A stretch of 64,000 bases of DNA. It comes from Eledone cirrhosa. Taxonomy: Eukaryota. The notes under the pieces were generated by a model that did no database searches, was not told the DNA's origin, and worked only from the letters and a program-made list of their open reading frames with translations. Below, one piece after another: positions 15,801-31,400 of this stretch. The stretch covers positions 744,001 to 808,000 of the forward strand of contig OZ024759.1 of NCBI GenBank assembly GCA_964016885.1, given 5' to 3'. Position numbers and translations under genes: made by a program. The first letter of the stretch is position 1; each line of letters opens with the position of its first letter.

Positions 15801-17155
15801 TATATTAGTAACATGACACAGTCTATATTAGTAACATGACACAGTCTATATTAGTAACATGACAAAGTCTATATTAGCAGCATGACAAAGTCTATATTAG
15901 TAACATGACAAAGTCTATATTAGTAACATGACACAGTCTATATTAGTAACATGACAAAGTCTATATTAGTAACATGACAAAGTCTATATTAGTAACATGA
16001 CACAGTCTATATTAGTAACATGACAAAGTCTATATTAGTAACATGACACTGTCTATATTAGTAACTTGACAAAGTCTGTATTAGTAACATGACACAGTCT
16101 ATATTAGTAACATGACACAGTCTATATTAGTAACATGACAAAGTCTATATTAGTAGCATGACAATGTCTATATTAGTAACATGACAAAGTCTATATTAGT
16201 AACATGACACAGTCTATATTAGTAACATGACAAAGTCTATATTAGTAACATGACACAGTCTATATTAGTAACATGACAAAGTCTATATTAGTAACATGAC
16301 AGTCTATATTAGTAACATGACAGTCTATATTAGTAGCATGACAAAGTCTATATTAGTAACATGACAAAGTCTATATTAGTAACATGACACAGTCTATATT
16401 AGTAACATGACACAGTCTATATTAGTAACATGACAGTCTATATTAGTAGCATGACAATGTCTATATTATTAACATGACACAGTCTATATTAGTAACAAGA
16501 CATAGTCTATATTACTAACATGACATAGTCTATATTAGTAGCATGACAAAGTCTATATTAGTAACATGACAAAGTCTATATTAGTAACATGACACAGTCT
16601 ATATTAGTAACATGACAAAGTCTATATTAGTAACATGACACAGTCTATATTAGTAACATGACAAAGTCTATATTAGTAGCATGACAAAGTCTATATTAGT
16701 AACATGACACAGTCTATATTAGTAACATGACAAAGTCTATATTAGTAACATGACAAAGTCTATATTAGTAACATGACAAAGTCTATATTAGTAACATGAC
16801 TAAGTCTATATTAGTAACATGACACAGTCTATATTAGTAACATGACAGTCTATATTAGTAGCATGACAAAGTCTATATTAGTAACATGACAGAGTCTATA
16901 TTAGTAACATGACACAGTCTATATTAGTAACATGACACAGTGTATATTAGTAACATGACAGTGTATATTAGTAACATGACAAAGTCTATATTAGTAACAT
17001 GGCAAAGTCTATGTTAGTAACATGACAAAGTCTATATTAGTAACATGACAGTCTATATTAGTAACATGACACATTCTATATTAGTAACATGACAAAGTCT
17101 ATATTAGTAGCATGACAAAGTCTATATTAGTAACATGACAGTCTATATTAGTAAC
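9840..17155. repeat. 3596-bp tandem duplication, itself made of 1822- and 1774-bp subunits
   Basis: Private markers all 3596 apart: AGAAAC 11486/15082, GCCTGA 12169/15765, GACTAAG 13202/16798, GACAGAG 13292/16888. CATCAC at 10281, 12103, 13877, 15699. Confidence 0.92.
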
Positions 17156-18039
17156 ATGCCAAAGTCTATATTAGTAGCATGACAAAGTCTATATTAGTAG
17201 CATGACACAGTCTATATTAGTAACATGACACAGTCTATATTAGTAACATGACACAGTCTATATTTGTAGCATGACAAAGTCTATATTAGTAACATGACAA
17301 AGTCTATATTAGTAACATGACACAGTCTATATTAGTAACATGACAAAGTCTATATTAGTAACATGACAAAGTCTATATTAGTAACATGACACAGTGTATA
17401 TTAGTAATATGACAGTCTATATTAGTAGCATGACAAAGTCTATATTAGTAACATGACACAGTCTATATTAGTAACATGACACAGTCTATATTAGTAACAT
17501 GACACAGTCTATATTAGTAACATGGCAAAGTCTATATTAGTAACATGACAAAGTCTATATTAGTAACATGACAAGGTCTATATTAGTAACATGACACAGT
17601 CTATATTAGTAACATGACAAAGTCTATATTAGTAACATGACAGTCTATATTAGTAACATGCCAAAGTCTATATTAGTAGCATGACAAAGTCTATATTAGT
17701 AGCATGACACAGTCTATATTAGTAACATGACACAGTCTATATTAGTAACATGACACAGTCTATATTAGTAGCATGACAAAGTCTATATTAGTAACATGAC
17801 AAAGTCTATATTAGTAACATGAGAAAGTCTATATTAGTAACATGACACAGTCTATATTAGTAACATGACAAAGTCTATATTAGTAACATGACACAGTCTA
17901 TATTAGTAACATGACAGTCTATATTAGTAACATGAGAAAGTCTATATTAGTAGCATGACCAAGTCTATATTAGTAACATGACAAAGTCTATATTAGTAAC
18001 ATGACACAGTCTATATTAGTAACATGACACAGTCTATAT

Positions 18040-19960
18040 TAGTAACATGACAAAGTCTATATTAGTAGCATGACACAGTCTAAATTAGTAACATAACACA
18101 GTCTATATTAGTAACATGACAGTCTATATTAGTAACATGACACAGTCTATATTAGTAACATAACAAAGTCTATATTAGTAGTATGACAAAGTCTATATTA
18201 GTAACATGACAGTCTATATTAGTAACATGACAAAGTCTATATTAGTAGCATGACAAAGTCTATATTAGTAGCATGACACAGTCTATATTAGTAACATGAC
18301 ACAGTCTATATTAGTAACATGACACAGTCTATATTAGGAACATGACAAAGTCTATATTAGTAGCATGACAAAGTCTATATTAGTAACATGACAAAGTCTA
18401 TATTAGTAACATGACACAGTCTATATTAGTAACATGACAAAGTCTATATTAGTAACATGACAGTCTATATTAGTAACATGACACAGTCTATATTAGTAAC
18501 ATGACAAAGTCTATATTAGTAACATGACACAGTCTATATTAGTAACATGACACAGTCTATATTAGTAACATGACACAGTCTATATTAGTAACATGACACA
18601 GTCTATATTTGTAACATGACATAGTCTATATTAGTAACATGACAAAGTCTATATTAGTAACATGACAGTCTATATTGTAACATGACACAGTCTATATTAG
18701 TAACATGACACAGTCTATATTAGTAACATGACAAAGTCTATATTAGTAGCATGACACAGTCTATATTAGTAACATGACACAGTCTATATTAGTAACATGA
18801 CAGTCTATATTAGTAACATGACAAAGTCTATATTAGTAGCATGACAAAGTCTATATTAGTAACATGACACAGTCTATATTAGTAACATGACAATCTATAT
18901 TAGTAACATGACACAGTCTATATTAGTAACATGACAAAGTCTATATTCGTAGCATGACAAAGTCTATATTAGTAATATGACAGTCTATATTAGTAACATG
19001 ACAAAGTCTATATTAGTAGCATGACACAGTCTAAATTAGTAACATAACACAGTCTATATTAGTAACATGACAGTCTATATTAGTAACATGACACAGTCTA
19101 TATTAGTAACATAACAAAGTCTATATTAGTAGTATGACAAAGTCTATATTAGTAACATGACAGTCTATATTAGTAACATGACAAAGTCTATATTAGTAGC
19201 ATGACAAAGTCTATATTAGTAGCATGACACAGTCTATATTAGTAACATGACACAGTCTATATTAGTAACATGACACAGTCTATATTAGGAACATGACAAA
19301 GTCTATATTAGTAGCATGACAAAGTCTATATTAGTAACATGACAAAGTCTATATTAGTAACATGACACAGTCTATATTAGTAACATGACAAAGTCTATAT
19401 TAGTAACATGACAGTCTATATTAGTAACATGACACAGTCTATATTAGTAACATGACAAAGTCTATATTAGTAACATGACACAGTCTATATTAGTAACATG
19501 ACACAGTCTATATTAGTAACATGACACAGTCTATATTAGTAACATGACACAGTCTATATTTGTAACATGACATAGTCTATATTAGTAACATGACAAAGTC
19601 TATATTAGTAACATGACAGTCTATATTGTAACATGACACAGTCTATATTAGTAACATGACACAGTCTATATTAGTAACATGACAAAGTCTATATTAGTAG
19701 CATGACACAGTCTATATTAGTAACATGACACAGTCTATATTAGTAACATGACAGTCTATATTAGTAACATGACAAAGTCTATATTAGTAGCATGACAAAG
19801 TCTATATTAGTAACATGACACAGTCTATATTAGTAACATGACAATCTATATTAGTAACATGACACAGTCTATATTAGTAACATGACAAAGTCTATATTCG
19901 TAGCATGACAAAGTCTATATTAGTAATATGACAGTCTATATTAGTAACATGACAAAGTCT
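18040..19960. repeat. 951-bp tandem duplication
   Basis: TAAATT 18081/19032, AGGAAC 18337/19288 and ATTCGTAGC 18948/19899 are all 951 apart. Confidence 0.92.
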
Positions 19961-22049
19961 ATATTAGTAGCATGACAAAGTCTATATTAGTAACATGACA
20001 CAGTCTATATTAGTAACGTGACAATCTATATTAGTAACATGACACAGTCTATATTAGTAACATGACAAAGTCTATATTAGTAGCATGACAAAGTCTATAT
20101 TAGTAACATGACAGTCTATATTAGTAACATGACAAAGTCTATATTAGTAGCATGACAAGGTCTATATTAGTAACATGACACAGTCTATATTAGTAACATG
20201 ACAGTCTATATTAGTAACATGACAAAGTCTATATTAGTAACATGACAAAGTCTATATTAGTAACATGACAAAGTCTATATTAGTAGCATGACACAGTCTA
20301 TATTAGTAACATGACAAAGTCTATATTAGTAACATGACACAGTCTATATTAGTAACATGACAAAGTCTATATTAGTAGAATGACACAGTCTATATTAGTA
20401 ACATGACACAGTCTATATTAGTAACATGACAGTCTATATTAGTAACATGACAAAGTCTATATTAGTAGCATGACAAAGTCTATATTAGTAACATGACACA
20501 GTCTATATTAGTAACGTGACAATCTATATTAGTAACATGACACAGTCTATATTAGTAACATGACAAAGTCTATATTAGTAGCATGACAAAGTCTATATTA
20601 GTAACATGACAGTCTATATTAGTAACATGACAAAGTCTATATTAGTAGCATGACAAGGTCTATATTAGTAGCATGACACAGTCTATATTAGTAACATGAC
20701 ACAGTCTATATTAGTAACATGACACAGTCTATATTAGTAACATGACAAAGTCTATATTAGTAGCATGACAAAGTCTATATTAGCAACATGACAAAGTCTA
20801 TATTAGTAACATAACACAGTCTATATTAGTAACATGACAAAGTCTATATTATTAACATGACAAAGTCTATATTAGTAACATGACACAGTCTATATTAGTA
20901 ACATGACAGTGTCTATATTAGTTACTTGACAAAGTCTATATTAGTAACATGACACAGTCTATATTAGTAACATGACACAGTCTATATTAGTAACATGACA
21001 AAGTCTATATTAGTAGCATGACAAAGTCTATATTAGTAACATGACAAAGTCTATATTAGTAACATGACACAGTCTATATTAGTAACATGACAAAGTCTAT
21101 ATTAGTAACATGACACAGTCTATAATAGTAACATGACAAAGTCTATATTAGTAACATGACAGTCTATATTAGTAACATGACAGTCTATATTAGTAGCATG
21201 ACAAAGTCTATATTAGTAACATGACAAAGTCTATATTAGTAACATGACACAGTCTATATTAGTAACATGACACAGTCTATATTAGTAACATGAAAGTCTA
21301 TATTAGTATCATGACAAAGTCTATATTAGTAACATGACACAGTCTATATTAGTAACAAGACATAGTCTATATTAGTAACATGACAAAGTCTATATTAGTA
21401 GCATGACAAAGTCTATATTAGTAACATGACAAAGTCTATATTAGTAACATGACACAGTCTATGTTAGTAACATGACAAAGTCTATATTAGTAACATGACA
21501 CAGTCTATATTAGTAACATGACAAAGTCTATATTAGTAGCATGACAAAGTCTATATTAGCAACATGACACAGTCTATATTAGTAACATGACAAAGTCTAT
21601 ATTAGTAACATGACAAAGACTATATTAGTAACATGACAAAGTCTATATTAGTAACATGACAAAGTCTATATTAGTAACATGACACAGTCTATATTAGTAA
21701 CATGACAGTCTATATTAGTAGCATGACAAAGTCTATATTAGTAACATGACAAAGTCTATATTAGTAACATGACACAGTCTATATTAGTAACATGACACAG
21801 TCTATATTAGTAAAATGACACAGTCTATATTAGTAACATGACAAAGTCTATATTAGTAACATGACACAGTCTATATTAGTAACATGACACAGTCTATATT
21901 AGTAACATGACACAGTCTATATTAGTAACATGACAGTCTATATTAGTAGCATGACAATGTCTATATTATTAACATGACACAGTCTATATTAGTAACAAGA
22001 CATAGTCTATATTACTAACATGACATAGTCTATATTAGTAGCATGACAA

Positions 22050-25000
22050 AGTCTATATTAGTAACATGACAGTCTATATTAGTAACATGACAAAGTCTAT
22101 ATTAGTAGCATGACAAAGTCTACATTAGTAGCATGACACAGTCTATATTAGTAACATGACACAGTCTATATTAGTAACATGACAAAGTCTATATTAGTAG
22201 CATGACACAGTCTATATTAGTAACATGACACAGTCTATATTAGTAACATGACAGTCTATATTAGTAACATGACAAAGTCTATATTAGTAGCATGACAAAG
22301 TCTATATTAGTAACATGACACAGTCTATATTAGTAACATGACAATCTATATTAGTAACATGACACAGTCTCTATTAGTAACATGACAAAGTCTATATTAG
22401 TAGCATCACAAAGTCTATATTAGTAACATGACAGTCTATATTAGTAACATGACAAAGTCTATATTAGTAGCATGACAAAGTCTATATTAGTAGCATGACA
22501 CAGTCTATATTAGTAACATGACACAGTCTATATTAGTAACATGACACAGTCTATATTAGTAACATGACAAAGTCTATATTAGCAGCATGACAAAGTCTAT
22601 ATTAGTAACATGACAAAGTCTATATTAGTAACATGACACAGTCTATATTAGTAACATGACAAAGTCTATATTAGTAACATGACAAAGTCTATATTAGTAA
22701 CATGACACAGTCTATATTAGTAACATGACAAAGTCTATATTAGTAACATGACACTGTCTATATTAGTAACTTGACAAAGTCTGTATTAGTAACATGACAC
22801 AGTCTATATTAGTAACATGACACAGTCTATATTAGTAACATGACAAAGTCTATATTAGTAGCATGACAATGTCTATATTAGTAACATGACAAAGTCTATA
22901 TTAGTAACATGACACAGTCTATATTAGTAACATGACAAAGTCTATATTAGTAACATGACACAGTCTATATTAGTAACATGACAAAGTCTATATTAGTAAC
23001 ATGACAGTCTATATTAGTAACATGACAGTCTATATTAGTAGCATGACAAAGTCTATATTAGTAACATGACAAAGTCTATATTAGTAACATGACACAGTCT
23101 ATATTAGTAACATGACACAGTCTATATTAGTAACATGACAGTCTATATTAGTAGCATGACAATGTCTATATTATTAACATGACACAGTCTATATTAGTAA
23201 CAAGACATAGTCTATATTACTAACATGACATAGTCTATATTAGTAGCATGACAAAGTCTATATTAGTAACATGACAAAGTCTATATTAGTAACATGACAC
23301 AGTCTATATTAGTAACATGACAAAGTCTATATTAGTAACATGACACAGTCTATATTAGTAACATGACACAGTCTATATTAGTAACATGACACAGTGTATA
23401 TTAGTAACATGACAGTGTATATTAGTAACATGACAAAGTCTATATTAGTAACATGACACAGTCTATATTAGTAACATGACACAGTCTATATTAGTAACAT
23501 GACACAGTGTATATTAGTAACATGACAGTGTATATTAGTAACATGACAAAGTCTATATTAGTAACATGGCAAAGTCTATGTTAGTAACATGACAAAGTCT
23601 ATATTAGTAACATGACAGTCTATATTAGTAACATGACACATTCTATATTAGTAACATGACAAAGTCTATATTAGTAGCATGACAAAGTCTATATTAGTAA
23701 CATGACAGTCTATATTAGTAACATGCCAAAGTCTATATTAGTAGCATGACAAAGTCTATATTAGTAGCATGACACAGTCTATATTAGTAACATGACACAG
23801 TCTATATTAGTAACATGACACAGTCTATATTTGTAGCATGACAAAGTCTATATTAGTAACATGACAAAGTCTATATTAGTAACATGACACAGTCTATATT
23901 AGTAACATGACAAAGTCTATATTAGTAACATGACAAAGTCTATATTAGTAACATGACACAGTGTATATTAGTAATATGACAGTCTATATTAGTAGCATGA
24001 CAAAGTCTATATTAGTAACATGACAAAGTCTATATTAGTAACATGACACAGTCTATATTAGTAACATGACACAGTCTATATTAGTAACATGACACAGTCT
24101 ATAATAGTAACATGACAAAGTCTATATTAGTAACATGGCAAAGTCTATATTAGTAACATGACACAGTCTATATTAGTAACATGACAAAGTCTATATTAGT
24201 AACATGACAGTCTATATTAGTAACATGCCAAAGTCTATATTAGTAGCATGACAAAGTCTATATTAGTAGCATGACACAGTCTATATTAGTAACATGACAC
24301 AGTCTATATTAGTAACATGACACAGTCTATATTAGTAGCATGACAAAGTCTATATTAGTAACATGACAAAGTCTATATTAGTAGCATGACAAAGTCTATA
24401 TTAGTAACATGACAAAGTCTATATTAGTAACATGACACAGTCTATGTTAGTAACATGACAAAGTCTATATTAGTAACATGACACAGTCTATATTAGTAAC
24501 ATGACAAAGTCTATATTAGTAGCATGACAAAGTCTATATTAGTAACATGACACAGTCTATATTAGTAACATGACAAAGTCTATATTAGTAACATGACAAA
24601 GACTATATTAGTAACATGACAAAGTCTATATTAGTAACATGACAAAGTCTATATTAGTAACATGACACAGTCTATATTAGTAACATGACAGTCTATACTA
24701 GTAGCATGACAAAGTCTATATTAGTAACATGACAAAGTCTATATTAGTAACATGACACAGTCTATATTAGTAACATGACACAGTCTATATTAGTAACATG
24801 ACACAGTCTATATTAGTAACATGACAAAGTCTATATTAGTAACATGGCAAAGTCTATATTAGTAACATGACAAAGTCTATATTAGTAACATGACAAGCTC
24901 TATATTAGTAACATGACACAGTCTATATTAGTAACATGACAGTCTATATTAGTAACATGACACATTCTATATTAGTAACATGACAAAGTCTATATTAGTA

Positions 25001-27100
25001 GCATGACAAAGTCTATATTAGTAACATGACAGTCTATATTAGTAACATGACAAAGTCTATATTAGTAGCATGACAAAGTCTACATTAGTAGCAAGACACA
25101 GTCTATATTAGTAACATGACACAGTCTATATTAGTAACATGACACAGTCTATATTAGTAGCATGACAAAGTCTATATTAGTAACATGACACAGTCTATAT
25201 TAGTAACATGACAATCTATATTAGTAACATGACACAGTCTATATTAGTAACATGACAAAGTCTATATTAGTAGCATCACAAAGTCTATATTAGTAACATG
25301 ACAGTCTATATTAGTAACATGACAAAGTCTATATTAGTAGCATGACAAAGTCTATATTAGTAGCATGACACAGTCTATATTAGTAACATGACACAGTCTA
25401 TATTAGTAACATGACACAGTCTATATTAGTAACATGACAAAGTCTATATTAGCAGCATGACAAAGTCTATATTAGTAACATGACAAAGTCTATATTAGTA
25501 ACATGACACAGTCTATATTAGTAACATGACAAAGTCTATATTAGTAACATGACAAAGTCTATATTAGTAACATGACACAGTCTATATTAGTAACATGACA
25601 AAGTCTATATTAGTAACATGACACTGTCTATATTAGTAACTTGACAAAGTCTGTATTAGTAACATGACACAGTCTATATTAGTAACATGACACAGTCTAT
25701 ATTAGTAACATGACAAAGTCTATATTAGTAGCATGACAATGTCTATATTAGTAACATGACAAAGTCTATATTAGTAACATGACACAGTCTATATTAGTAA
25801 CATGACAAAGTCTATATTAGTAACATGACACAGTCTATATTAGTAACATGACAAAGTCTATATTAGTAACATGACAGTCTATATTAGTAACATGACAGTC
25901 TATATTAGTAGCATGACAAAGTCTATATTAGTAACATGACAAAGTCTATATTAGTAACATGACACAGTCTATATTAGTAACATGACACAGTCTATATTAG
26001 TAACATGACAGTCTATATTAGTAGCATGACAATGTCTATATTATTAACATGACACAGTCTATATTAGTAACAAGACATAGTCTATATTACTAACATGACA
26101 TAGTCTATATTAGTAGCATGACAAAGTCTATATTAGTAACATGACAAAGTCTATATTAGTAACATGACACAGTCTATATTAGTAACATGACAAAGTCTAT
26201 ATTAGTAACATGACACAGTCTATATTAGTAACATGACAAAGTCTATATTAGTAGCATGACAAAGTCTATATTAGTAACATGACACAGTCTATATTAGTAA
26301 CATGACAAAGTCTATATTAGTAACATGACAAAGTCTATATTAGTAACATGACAAAGTCTATATTAGTAACATGACTAAGTCTATATTAGTAACATGACAC
26401 AGTCTATATTAGTAACATGACAGTCTATATTAGTAGCATGACAAAGTCTATATTAGTAACATGACAAAGCCTATATTAGTAACATGACACAGTCTATATT
26501 AGTAACATGACACAGTGTATATTAGTAACATGACAGTGTATATTAGTAACATGACAAAGTCTATATTAGTAACATGGCAAAGTCTATGTTAGTAACATGA
26601 CAAAGTCTATATTAGTAACATGACAGTCTATATTAGTAACATGACACATTCTATATTAGTAACATGACAAAGTCTATATTAGTAGCATGACAAAGTCTAT
26701 ATTAGTAACATGACAGTCTATATTAGTAACATGCCAAAGTCTATATTAGTAGCATGACAAAGTCTATATTAGTAGCATGACAAAGTCTATATTAGTAACA
26801 TGACAAAGTCTATATTAGTAACATGACACAGTCTATATTAGTAACATGACAAAGTCTATATTAGTAACATGACAAAGTCTATATTAGTAACATGACACAG
26901 TGTATATTAGTAATATGACAGTCTATATTAGTAGCATGACAAAGTCTATATTAGTAACATGACAAAGTCTATATTAGTAACATGACACAGTCTATATTAG
27001 TAACATGACACAGTCTATATTAGTAACATGACACAGTCTATATTAGTAACATGACAAAGTCTATATTAGTAACATGGCAAAGTCTATATTAGTAACATGA
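22050..27100. repeat. Imperfect ~2.9-3.0-kb duplication with monomer-number indels
   Basis: CATCAC 22404/25274 and CAAGACATAGTCTATATTAC 23201/26071 are 2870 apart. GCCAAA 23725/26733 is 3008 apart, a six-monomer difference. Confidence 0.7.
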
Positions 27101-28479
27101 CAAAGTCTATATTAGTAACATGACAAGGTCTATATTAGTAACATGACACAGTCTATATTAGTAACATGACAAAGTCTATATTAGTAACATGACAGTCTAT
27201 ATTAGTAACATGCCAAAGTCTATATTAGTAGCATGACAAAGTCTATATTAGTAGCATGACACAGTCTATATTAGTAACATGACACAGTCTATATTAGTAA
27301 CATGACACAGTCTATATTAGTAGCATGACAAAGTCTATATTAGTAACATGACAAAGTCTATATTAGTAACATGAGAAAGTCTATATTAGTAACATGACAC
27401 AGTCTATATTAGTAACATGACAAAGTCTATATTAGTAACATGACACAGTCTATATTAGTAACATGACACAGTCTATATTAGTAACATGAGAAAGTCTATA
27501 TTAGTAGCATGACCAAGTCTATATTAGTAACATGACAAAGTCTATATTAGTAACATGACACAGTCTATATTAGTAACATGACACAGTCTATATTAGTAAC
27601 ATGACATAGTCTATATTAGTAACATGACAAAGTCTATATTAGTAGCATGACACAGTCTAAATTAGTAACATAACACAGTCTATATTAGTAACATGACAGT
27701 CTATATTAGTAACATGACACAGTCTATATTAGTAACATAACAAAGTCTATATTAGTAGTATGACAAAGTCTATATTAGTAACATGACAGTCTATATTAGT
27801 AACATGACAAAGTCTATATTAGTAGCATGACAAAGTCTATATTAGTAGCATGACACAGTCTATATTAGTAACATGACACAGTCTATATTAGTAACATGAC
27901 ACAGTCTATATTAGGAACATGACAAAGTCTATATTAGTAGCATGACAAAGTCTATATTAGTAACATGACAAAGTCTATATTAGTAACATGACACAGTCTA
28001 TATTAGTAACATGACAAAGTCTATATTAGTAACATGACAGTCTATATTAGTAACATGACACAGTCTATATTAGTAACATGACAAAGTCTATATTAGTAAC
28101 ATGACACAGTCTATATTAGTAACATGACACAGTCTATATTAGTAACATGACACAGTCTATATTAGTAACATGACACAGTCTATATTTGTAACATGACATA
28201 GTCTATATTAGTAACATGACAAAGTCTATATTAGTAACATGACAGTCTATATTGTAACATGACACAGTCTATATTAGTAACATGACACAGTCTATATTAG
28301 TAACATGACAAAGTCTATATTAGTAGCATGACACAGTCTATATTAGTAACATGACACAGTCTATATTAGTAACATGACAGTCTATATTAGTAACATGACA
28401 AAGTCTATATTAGTAGCATGACAAAGTCTATATTAGTAACATGACACAGTCTATATTAGTAACATGACAATCTATATTA

Positions 28480-31400
28480 GTAACATGACACAGTCTATAT
28501 TAGTAACATGACAAAGTCTATATTAGTAGCATGACAAAGTCTATATTAGTAATATGACAGTCTATATTAGTAACATGACAAAGTCTATATTAGTAGCATG
28601 ACAAAGTCTATATTAGTAGCATGACACAGTCTATATTAGTAACATGACACAGTCTATATTAGTAACATGACACAGTCTATATTAGTAACATGATTAGGTC
28701 TATATAAGTAGCATGACAAAGTCTATATTAGTAACATGACAAAGTCTATATTAGTAACATGACACAGTCTATATTAGTAACATGACAAAGTCTATATTAG
28801 TAACATGACAAAGTCTATATTAGTAACATGACACAGTCTATATTAGTAACATGACAAAGTCTATATTAGTAACATGACACTGTCTATATTAGTAACTTGA
28901 CAAAGTCTATATTAGTAACATGACACAGTCTATATTAGTAACATGACACAGTCTATATTAGTAACATGACAAAGTCTATATTAGTAACATGACACAGTCT
29001 ATATTAGTAACATGACAATCTATATTAGTAACATGACACAGTCTATATTAGTAACATGACAAAGTCTATATTAGTAGCATGACAAAGTCTATATTAGTAA
29101 TATGACAGTCTATATTAGTAACATGACAAAGTCTATATTAGTAGCATGACAAAGTCTATATTAGTAGCATGACACAGTCTATATTAGTAACATGACACAG
29201 TCTATATTAGTAACATGACACAGTCTATATTAGTAACATGATTAGGTCTATATAAGTAGCATGACAAAGTCTATATTAGTAACATGACAAAGTCTATATT
29301 AGTAACATGACACAGTCTATATTAGTAACATGACAAAGTCTATATTAGTAACATGACAAAGTCTATATTAGTAACATGACACAGTCTATATTAGTAACAT
29401 GACAAAGTCTATATTAGTAGCATGACAAAGTCTATATTAGTAGCATGACACAGTCTATATTAGTAACATGACACAGTCTATATTAGTAACATGACACAGT
29501 CTATATTAGTAACATGACACAGTCTATATTAGTAACATGACACAGTCTATATTAGTAACATGACACAGTCTATATTTGTAACATGACATAGTCTATATTA
29601 GTAACATGACAGTCTATATTGTAACATGACACAGTCTATATTAGTAACATGACACAGTCTATATTAGTAACATGACAAAGTCTATATTAGTAGCATGACA
29701 CAGTCTATATTAGTAACATGACACAGTCTATATTAGTAACATGACAGTCTATATTAGTAACATGACAAAGTCTATATTAGTAGCATGACAAAGTCTATAT
29801 TAGTAACATGACACAGTCTATATTAGTAACATGACAATCTATATTAGTAACATGACACAGTCTATATTAGTAACATGACAAAGTCTATATTAGTAGCATG
29901 ACAAAGTCTATATTAGTAATATGACAGTCTATATTAGTAACATGACAAAGTCTATATTAGTAGCATGACAAAGTCTATATTAGTAGCATGACACAGTCTA
30001 TATTAGTAACATGACACAGTCTATATTAGTAACATGACACAGTCTATATTAGTAACATGATTAGGTCTATATAAGTAGCATGACAAAGTCTATATTAGTA
30101 ACATGACAAAGTCTATATTAGTAACATGACACAGTCTATATTAGTAACATGACAAAGTCTATATTAGTAACATGACAAAGTCTATATTAGTAACATGACA
30201 CAGTCTATATTAGTAACATGACAAAGTCTATATTAGTAACATGACACTGTCTATATTAGTAACTTGACAAAGTCTATATTAGTAACATGACACAGTCTAT
30301 ATTAGTAACATGACACAGTCTATATTAGTAACATGACAAAGTCTATATTAGTAACATGACACAGTCTATATTAGTAACATGACAATCTATATTAGTAACA
30401 TGACACAGTCTATATTAGTAACATGACAAAGTCTATATTAGTAGCATGACAAAGTCTATATTAGTAATATGACAGTCTATATTAGTAACATGACAAAGTC
30501 TATATTAGTAGCATGACAAAGTCTATATTAGTAGCATGACACAGTCTATATTAGTAACATGACACAGTCTATATTAGTAACATGACACAGTCTATATTAG
30601 TAACATGATTAGGTCTATATAAGTAGCATGACAAAGTCTATATTAGTAACATGACAAAGTCTATATTAGTAACATGACACAGTCTATATTAGTAACATGA
30701 CAAAGTCTATATTAGTAACATGACAAAGTCTATATTAGTAACATGACACAGTCTATATTAGTAACATGACAAAGTCTATATTAGTAGCATGACAAAGTCT
30801 ATATTAGTAGCATGACACAGTCTATATTAGTAACATGACACAGTCTATATTAGTAACATGACACAGTCTATATTAGTAACATGATTAGGTCTATATAAGT
30901 AGCATGACAAAGTCTATATTTGTAACATGACATAGTCTATATTAGTAACATGACAAAGTCTATATTAGTAACATGACAGTCTATATTGTAACATGACACA
31001 GTCTATATTAGTAACATGACACAGTCTATATTAGTAACATGACAAAGTCTATATTAGTAGCATGACACAGTCTATATTAGTAACATGACACAGTCTATAT
31101 TAGTAACATGACAGTCTATATTAGTAACATGACAAAGTCTATATTAGTAGCATGACAAAGTCTATATTAGTAACATGACACAGTCTATATTAGTAACATG
31201 ACAATCTATATTAGTAACATGACACAGTCTATATTAGTAACATGACAAAGTCTATATTAGTAGCATGACAAAGTCTATATTAGTAATATGACAGTCTATA
31301 TTAGTAACATGACAAAGTCTATATTAGTAGCATGACAAAGTCTATATTAGTAGCATGACACAGTCTATATTAGTAACATGACACAGTCTATATTAGTAAC

